Source: Bacteroidales bacterium
Lineage (GTDB): Bacteria; Bacteroidota; Bacteroidia; Bacteroidales; UBA12077
Reading direction: 5' to 3'
Length of the DNA: 64,000 nt
Assembly (NCBI GenBank): GCA_035269575.1
Contig: DATFIZ010000108.1
Span: forward strand, 370-64,369
Part shown: one piece after another, positions 59,504 to 64,000 of the stretch
How positions within the stretch are numbered: the stretch's first letter is position 1
Layout of the letters: every line of letters starts with the position of its first letter
The notes under the pieces: generated by a model
The model's input: the letters and a program-made list of their open reading frames with translations, nothing else
What the model was told of the DNA's origin: nothing
Database searches by the model: none
Made by a program: the position numbers and the translations under genes

Positions 59504-61219
59504 ATGATAAAAGGAATTTACGATAAAAATACATCTATGAAAGCAAAAAATATTTTCACAAAAACATTAGTGATTATCCTGTTAACAGGTATAAGCACAA
59601 CAATATTTTTAGGGTTTAAGAAAGGAGATGATTTTAATATTGCGAAAAGTATGGACATTTTTTATTCTCTTTTTAGAGATGTAAATGTATACTATGTGGA
59701 TGAAACGAACCCTGAAAATTTGGTTGAAACCGGTATAAATGCGATGCTTGATGAACTGGATCCATATACGGTATATATCCCTGAAAAAGATATGGATGAG
59801 TTTAATTTTATGACCACTGGCCAGTATGGCGGAATAGGTGCCTTAATAAGAAGCACAGGAGAATTTCCGATAGTCGCCAAACCTTATAAAGATTTCCCGG
59901 CAGATAAAGCCGGCTTAAAAGCAGGAGATAAAATTTTGGAGATTGACGGAAATCCTGCCAATGAAATTCCATTAGATGAAGTGAGTGAGAGATTAAAGGG
60001 CGTTCCGCAAACCAACGTAAAATTACTTATTGAACGTCCATATTCCGGAGAGAAAATGGAAAAAGAGCTGATACGCGAAGAAATTCAGATTAAAAGTGTT
60101 CCATATTATGGCGTAGTGGATGATAATATTGGCTACATCCGGATGACCAAGTTTACCCCGGATGTTTCCCGAGATATAAAAAATGCATTACGAGAATTAA
60201 AGACAGAACATCAGATTAAATCTGTAATTCTTGATTTAAGAGGTAATCCCGGAGGGTTGTTAGTGGAGGCTCCTAAAATTTGTAATTTATTTATTCCCAA
60301 AGGAGAAGAAATAGTATCGACCAAAGGGAAAACAAAAAAATGGAATAAAACATTAAAAACCACCGATGCTGCTTATGATACAGAAATCCCCCTGGCCGTG
60401 ATGGTAAGCAGAGGTTCTGCTTCTGCATCAGAAATTGTGGCCGGAGCAATACAAGATTTAGACAGAGGAGTAATTGTGGGCCAGCGGACTTTTGGAAAAG
60501 GTCTGGTACAAACAACAATACCGCTTAATTATAATGCTCAGCTTAAAGTCACTACAGCCAAATATTATATTCCCAGCGGACGATGTATTCAGGCTCTGGA
60601 TTATACCCATCGCAACGAAGATGGTAGCGTGGGCCATATTCCTGACTCATTAATATCGGCTTTTAAAACCCAAAACGGAAGAACCGTATATGACGGCGGA
60701 GGAATCAGCCCGGATATAAAAATCGAGTCCGAAGAGGTTAGTCAAATGACGATAAGCCTGATTTCACAAAATGTGATTTTTGATTATGCCACAAAATTTG
60801 CATACCAAAACCCCACCATTCCTAAAGTTGAAGATTTTACTATTACCAATGAAATATATAATGATTTCGTATCGTTTGCTCTTGAGCAGGATTTTGATTA
60901 TAAAACAGAAAGTGAAAAAGAACTGAAGGAGTTGATAAAAATTGCAAAACGCGAAAAATATTATCAACGAGCAGAAAAAGAGATTGAAGCCCTGCAAAGC
61001 AAGCTGAAGAATGATAAAGCAAGGGATTTGAATGCTTTTAAACCGGAAATCATTCAATTTTTACGCGACGAAATTGTAGGCCGGTATTATTACCAGGAAG
61101 GACAGATAAAAACAAATTTAAAAGATGATAACCAACTGGATAAAGCAATAGAATTATTAAAAAATCCGGAAAAATATCAGGCAATTCTTTCCGGAGAAAA
61201 TCAAAAAAATGAAGAATAA
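59504..61219 (+). CDS. S41 family C-terminal processing peptidase with PDZ domain
   Basis: 571 aa with PDZ (GLKAGDKILEIDG), LDLRGNPGG, and catalytic Ser and Lys contexts SRGSASASEI and FGKG. An alternative start is the Met at 59537. Confidence 0.9.
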   Translation: MIKGIYDKNTSMKAKNIFTKTLVIILLTGISTTIFLGFKKGDDFNIAKSMDIFYSLFRDVNVYYVDETNPENLVETGINAMLDELDPYTVYIPEKDMDEFNFMTTGQYGGIGALIRSTGEFPIVAKPYKDFPADKAGLKAGDKILEIDGNPANEIPLDEVSERLKGVPQTNVKLLIERPYSGEKMEKELIREEIQIKSVPYYGVVDDNIGYIRMTKFTPDVSRDIKNALRELKTEHQIKSVILDLRGNPGGLLVEAPKICNLFIPKGEEIVSTKGKTKKWNKTLKTTDAAYDTEIPLAVMVSRGSASASEIVAGAIQDLDRGVIVGQRTFGKGLVQTTIPLNYNAQLKVTTAKYYIPSGRCIQALDYTHRNEDGSVGHIPDSLISAFKTQNGRTVYDGGGISPDIKIESEEVSQMTISLISQNVIFDYATKFAYQNPTIPKVEDFTITNEIYNDFVSFALEQDFDYKTESEKELKELIKIAKREKYYQRAEKEIEALQSKLKNDKARDLNAFKPEIIQFLRDEIVGRYYYQEGQIKTNLKDDNQLDKAIELLKNPEKYQAILSGENQKNEE

Positions 61220-61224
61220 AAAAT

Positions 61225-61306
61225 TGCCGGGTGTTAAGTCCAATTTTTCTTTCCTACGCCAACACGGGTTTTTGTAATTACACAGGGCTAACATCCGGCA
61301 TTTTTT
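61225..61306 (+). terminator. Long imperfect hairpin plus T6 after the S41 peptidase gene
   Basis: tgccgggtgtta (61225-61236) pairs with taacatccggca (61289-61300) over 12 bp including one G-U pair. The pair encloses about 52 nt and is followed by tttttt. Confidence 0.4.
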
Positions 61307-61416
61307 CAAAATAGTTCCAGCTGTTTGTTAACCAATTTTTTTCTCATTTTATCTATCCTATTCAATAAAAAAAAGGGGAAACAACCGGCTTTTGGTTCAT
61401 TTTTCATGTAAAAAAA

Positions 61417-62766
61417 TCAATCTATTAGCCGTTTTCTTTGAAATGTGAAGTACAAAATAATTAGGGCTACAATTGCAGCAATAAAATCAGCTGCAGGAAA
61501 AGCAATCCACACTCCATCGAGGCCGAGGCTGCCAATTTTAGGAAGAATAAGTATTAAAGGAGTTACCAATAAAACCCAACGTTGAATGGCCAGTACAAAA
61601 GCTTGTTTAGCCAACCCCATGGCCTGATGAATACCCATAGACATGGTGTTAACCCCCATCAACCACATCATCATTACAATAATGCGTAATGCACGAGGCC
61701 CCTGTTCCATAAGTTCCTGCTCGTTGGTAAAAAGTAAAAAAATCTCCCGGGCAAAAACCTCGAATAAAATAACCGCCAAAACGCCGTAAATAAGCGAATA
61801 TTTAATAACAAGCTTTACCGTATGTTTCACCCGTTCGTATTGTTCAGCCCCATAGTTATACCCTATAATAGGCTGCATACCTTGATTTAATCCAAACAAG
61901 GGCATCCCAAAAAATAATGTTGTTTTATAAATAATACCAAAAACAGCTATGGCGGTATCTCCTCCCAAAGCTCCCAGGGTATGGTTTAAAACAATATTCG
62001 CAAAACTACTGGATGAGCGCATGCCAAATCCTGATAATCCTACTGAAAGGGAAGGTTTTAAAATATGCTTTTGTAGTTTAAGGTAACGTAGTTTAAAAAA
62101 GATAATACTTTTTGTGCTGCGAAAATAGCCTATAAGGTATATTAAGGTAGCAAATTTCCCTAAAATAGTTGCGAGGGCTGCTCCACGAATACCCATATCC
62201 AGGGGAAAGATAAACAAATAATCCAACACGGTATTTACACCAATTCCTAATAACATAGCAAACATAGCTTCGCGGGCAAACCCTTCGGCACGGAGATAAT
62301 TGCTTGTACCTACACAAAAAGGAAACCACAACATCCCGATAAATACAACCTGTCCGTAATTGTGGGCATAAGGAAGTATGGTATCGGTCGCACCAAAAGC
62401 TCGCATTATAGGATCAGTAAATAGAATACCTATGCTGCTGAAAAATATACCTACCAGAATAGTTAACAAAAAACCATTTCCGGCAATAGCATTTACTTCA
62501 GAAACATCTCCTTTTCCCAACTTACGTGATATCAAGGTAGATGTACCAATCCCAATCATATGAGCAAAAGAAGAAATAATGGCAATAATAGGTAGTACAA
62601 TAGTTACAGCAGCAATACCAACAGAACCCACACCTCGTCCTACAAAAATGGTGTCTATTACATTGTAAATAGCATTGGCAAACATGCTTACCATAGAAGG
62701 TAACGACAAGCTGAACAGAAGCCTGCTAATTTTATTACTCCCTAGTTTAGTATAGTTTGCCTGCAT
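61417..62766 (-). CDS. MATE family efflux transporter
   Basis: 449 aa with 12 predicted TM helices and N-terminus SRLLFSLSLPSMVSMFANAIYNVIDTIFVGRGVG typical of MATE/NorM-like proteins. Confidence 0.9.
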   Translation of the reverse strand: MQANYTKLGSNKISRLLFSLSLPSMVSMFANAIYNVIDTIFVGRGVGSVGIAAVTIVLPIIAIISSFAHMIGIGTSTLISRKLGKGDVSEVNAIAGNGFLLTILVGIFFSSIGILFTDPIMRAFGATDTILPYAHNYGQVVFIGMLWFPFCVGTSNYLRAEGFAREAMFAMLLGIGVNTVLDYLFIFPLDMGIRGAALATILGKFATLIYLIGYFRSTKSIIFFKLRYLKLQKHILKPSLSVGLSGFGMRSSSSFANIVLNHTLGALGGDTAIAVFGIIYKTTLFFGMPLFGLNQGMQPIIGYNYGAEQYERVKHTVKLVIKYSLIYGVLAVILFEVFAREIFLLFTNEQELMEQGPRALRIIVMMMWLMGVNTMSMGIHQAMGLAKQAFVLAIQRWVLLVTPLILILPKIGSLGLDGVWIAFPAADFIAAIVALIILYFTFQRKRLID

Positions 62767-62789
62767 TTTTTCTTCCTTTTAACGTGTTA

Positions 62790-62797
62790 CAAAGTTA
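62790..62797 (-). promoter_or_regulatory. Candidate -7 box (TAACTTTG) for the MATE gene
   Basis: Exact match to the Bacteroides TAnnTTTG -7 consensus on the minus strand, ending 23 nt upstream of the ATG. I found no convincing -33 TTTG at standard spacing. Confidence 0.3.
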
Positions 62798-62850
62798 AAA
62801 AACAAAAATTAGCTTTATTAAACGAACTGGTTTATTGATATTAACCAAAT

Positions 62851-62970
62851 TGAGCGATTATTCCCTTCGGTCATGAGCTAAAGGTTTTTCGCTCACTGCC
62901 GGCCCCGTACACGAATTGTCGGCTTCGCCTTCGCATAGCTTCAGCGGCAGCGTGCGGAGCAAGGGATTAT
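62851..62970 (-). other. GC-rich structured element of unknown class (candidate small RNA or cis-regulatory RNA)
   Basis: Hand count gives 53% and 57% G+C on the two 60-nt lines 62861-62980, against AT-rich flanks. Helix A is 62851-62857 with 62889-62895 (7 bp). Helix B is 62891-62901 with 62945-62955 (11 positions). One position in helix B is A-C on the plus strand but G-U on the minus strand, which weakly favours a minus-strand transcript. Confidence 0.25.
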
Positions 62971-63181
62971 GCCTAAGTAAAGTAATTAAAAAACAGTTTT
63001 TTTGTTTCTTTTGCTGATACGCAGCGTAATTATCTGTTGCTGGCAAACTGTTTTTCTGTGTTATTTTGCTGACTTCTTTTCACATATATTTACTTCCTCA
63101 CGAAAACACAATTTTTTATTTTAAAATGTAAAAAACTTTTTTTTTCATTACTTTCTCGTGATGCTGCCCCCTGCCGTTTTA

Positions 63182-64000
63182 CTAATGCGCTTCCAGCCAA
63201 TTTTCACCGGTCCCCATATCTACAGTAAGGGGAATACTTAATAGTACAGCTTTTTCCATCTTCGTTTGAACTATCTCTTTCAGCTGTTCCAGTTCGGGTT
63301 TATAAACATCAAAAATTAATTCATCATGCACCTGCAAAATCATTTTGCTTTTTAATTGCTGTTTTTTCAACTCGTTAAAAACATCTATCATCGCCAGTTT
63401 AATAATGTCTGCTGCAGACCCCTGAATCGGTGCATTAATGGCATTTCGCTCGGCAAATCCACGTACAATAGCATTTCGGGAGTTAATATCTTTTAAAAAA
63501 CGTTTTCGTCCCATTAATGTTTCCACGTACCCTTTTTCACGAGCTTCAGCAATACTTTTGTCCATGTATTTTTTTACCTGAGGAAATCCATTAAAATACT
63601 CATCAATTAATTGTTTGGCTTCGGTACGTGGTATATTTAGCCTTTGAGACAACCCAAATGCAGAGATTCCATAGATAATTCCAAAGTTTGCAGTTTTTGC
63701 TTTTCTCCGCTGTTCGTTGGTAACCTCTGATAAATTTTCCACGTGGAAAATTTTTGCAGCTGTTGTGGTGTGGATATCTATATTATTTTTAAATGCTGTG
63801 AGCATATTTTCATCCTGACTCATATGAGCCATTAGGCGTAACTCTATTTGCGAATAATCTGCAGCCAGTAAAATATGATTATCATCCTGCGGTATAAATG
63901 CTTTTCGTATTTCGCGGCCTCGCTCCTCGCGTATCGGGATATTCTGTAAATTAGGATTGTTAGAGCTTAAACGTCCGGTAGATGCAATCGCCTGGTTATA
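63182..64000 (-). CDS. polA: DNA polymerase I, C-terminal part (gene continues beyond the window edge)
   Basis: The listed ORF starts at an internal Met. My hand translation upstream stays open to position 64000 and reads ...NLQNIPIREERGREIRKAFIPQDDNHILLAADYSQIELRLMAHMSQDE (motif A DYSQIELR). Motif B is RRKAKTANFGIIYG and motif C is QVHDELIF. Confidence 0.95.
   Translation of the reverse strand, partial: YNQAIASTGRLSSNNPNLQNIPIREERGREIRKAFIPQDDNHILLAADYSQIELRLMAHMSQDENMLTAFKNNIDIHTTTAAKIFHVENLSEVTNEQRRKAKTANFGIIYGISAFGLSQRLNIPRTEAKQLIDEYFNGFPQVKKYMDKSIAEAREKGYVETLMGRKRFLKDINSRNAIVRGFAERNAINAPIQGSAADIIKLAMIDVFNELKKQQLKSKMILQVHDELIFDVYKPELEQLKEIVQTKMEKAVLLSIPLTVDMGTGENWLEAH

Noticed and set aside
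62851-62970. Assignment of the GC-rich island to a known RNA class (SRP RNA, tRNA-like, guanidine-I/II or fluoride riboswitch, RNase P RNA).
   Set aside because: I could not find the hallmark conserved strings on either strand. These include GGAAGGAAGCAGCC-type SRP domain IV, the GGTTCGAATCC T-arm, GGUCCGAGAG / ACGR loops and GAGGAAAGUCC. The GAAGGCGAAGCC segment is only loosely SRP-like.
62858-63046. 62-aa minus-strand ORF in the polA-MATE gap.
   Set aside because: The translation (MPATDNYAAYQQKKQKNCF...) has no motif, signal or plausible start context. The open frame is explained by the local GC-rich island, which I report instead as a candidate RNA element.
1-64000. A search by eye for CRISPR arrays, tRNA or rRNA genes, transposases, integrases, phage genes and long dispersed repeats.
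   Set aside because: I saw no regularly spaced direct repeats, no tRNA-like cloverleaf segments in intergenic DNA and no ORF with DDE, tyrosine-recombinase or serine-recombinase motifs. This is a manual scan and cannot exclude short or degenerate elements.

Overview
The window reads as an AT-rich Bacteroidota-type chromosomal segment. The taxonomic call is an inference from a GldA-like ATPase, the DUF4271-hemD pair, DUF4292, the long insertion-containing IspG, many lipoprotein or signal-peptide N-termini and TAnnTTTG-type -7 boxes. I support about 52 protein-coding genes. Most are housekeeping: cysS, metG, ispG, pheS, ruvB, dut, ybeY, mnmG, adenine deaminase, uvrC, rnpA, nadA, rpiB, hemW and the 3' part of polA. 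Envelope and secreted proteins and two PAS-type two-component systems are interspersed. I found no rRNA, tRNA, CRISPR array, transposase, integrase or recognisable defence-gene cluster, so this looks like core genome rather than an accessory island. Nothing here amounts to a convincing new system, and interest scores are kept moderate accordingly. The five items most worth a second look are listed below.

1. A tightly packed minus-strand operon at 25542-33401 is led by a 1390-aa glycosyltransferase / unassigned middle / phosphodiester-glycosidase-like fusion, followed by hemW, a PAS HisKA_3 kinase and a stand-alone receiver. A paralogous GT4 gene converges on it.
2. A 619-bp spacer of roughly 10-20% G+C (hand count) at 34850-35468 lies between divergent rpiB and nadA. 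It is strongly enriched for phased and inverted GTTAA/TTAAC half-sites.
3. A roughly 120-nt island of about 55% G+C at 62851-62970, with mutually exclusive helices, sits in the polA-MATE intergenic region and may be a structured RNA.
4. Duplicated CACGTG-centred palindromes lie between mnmG and the adenine deaminase gene. The same 12-nt core occurs inside a 22-bp perfect palindrome within polA.
5. A lipoprotein at 17603-18745 is built of three exact 120-aa-period repeats.
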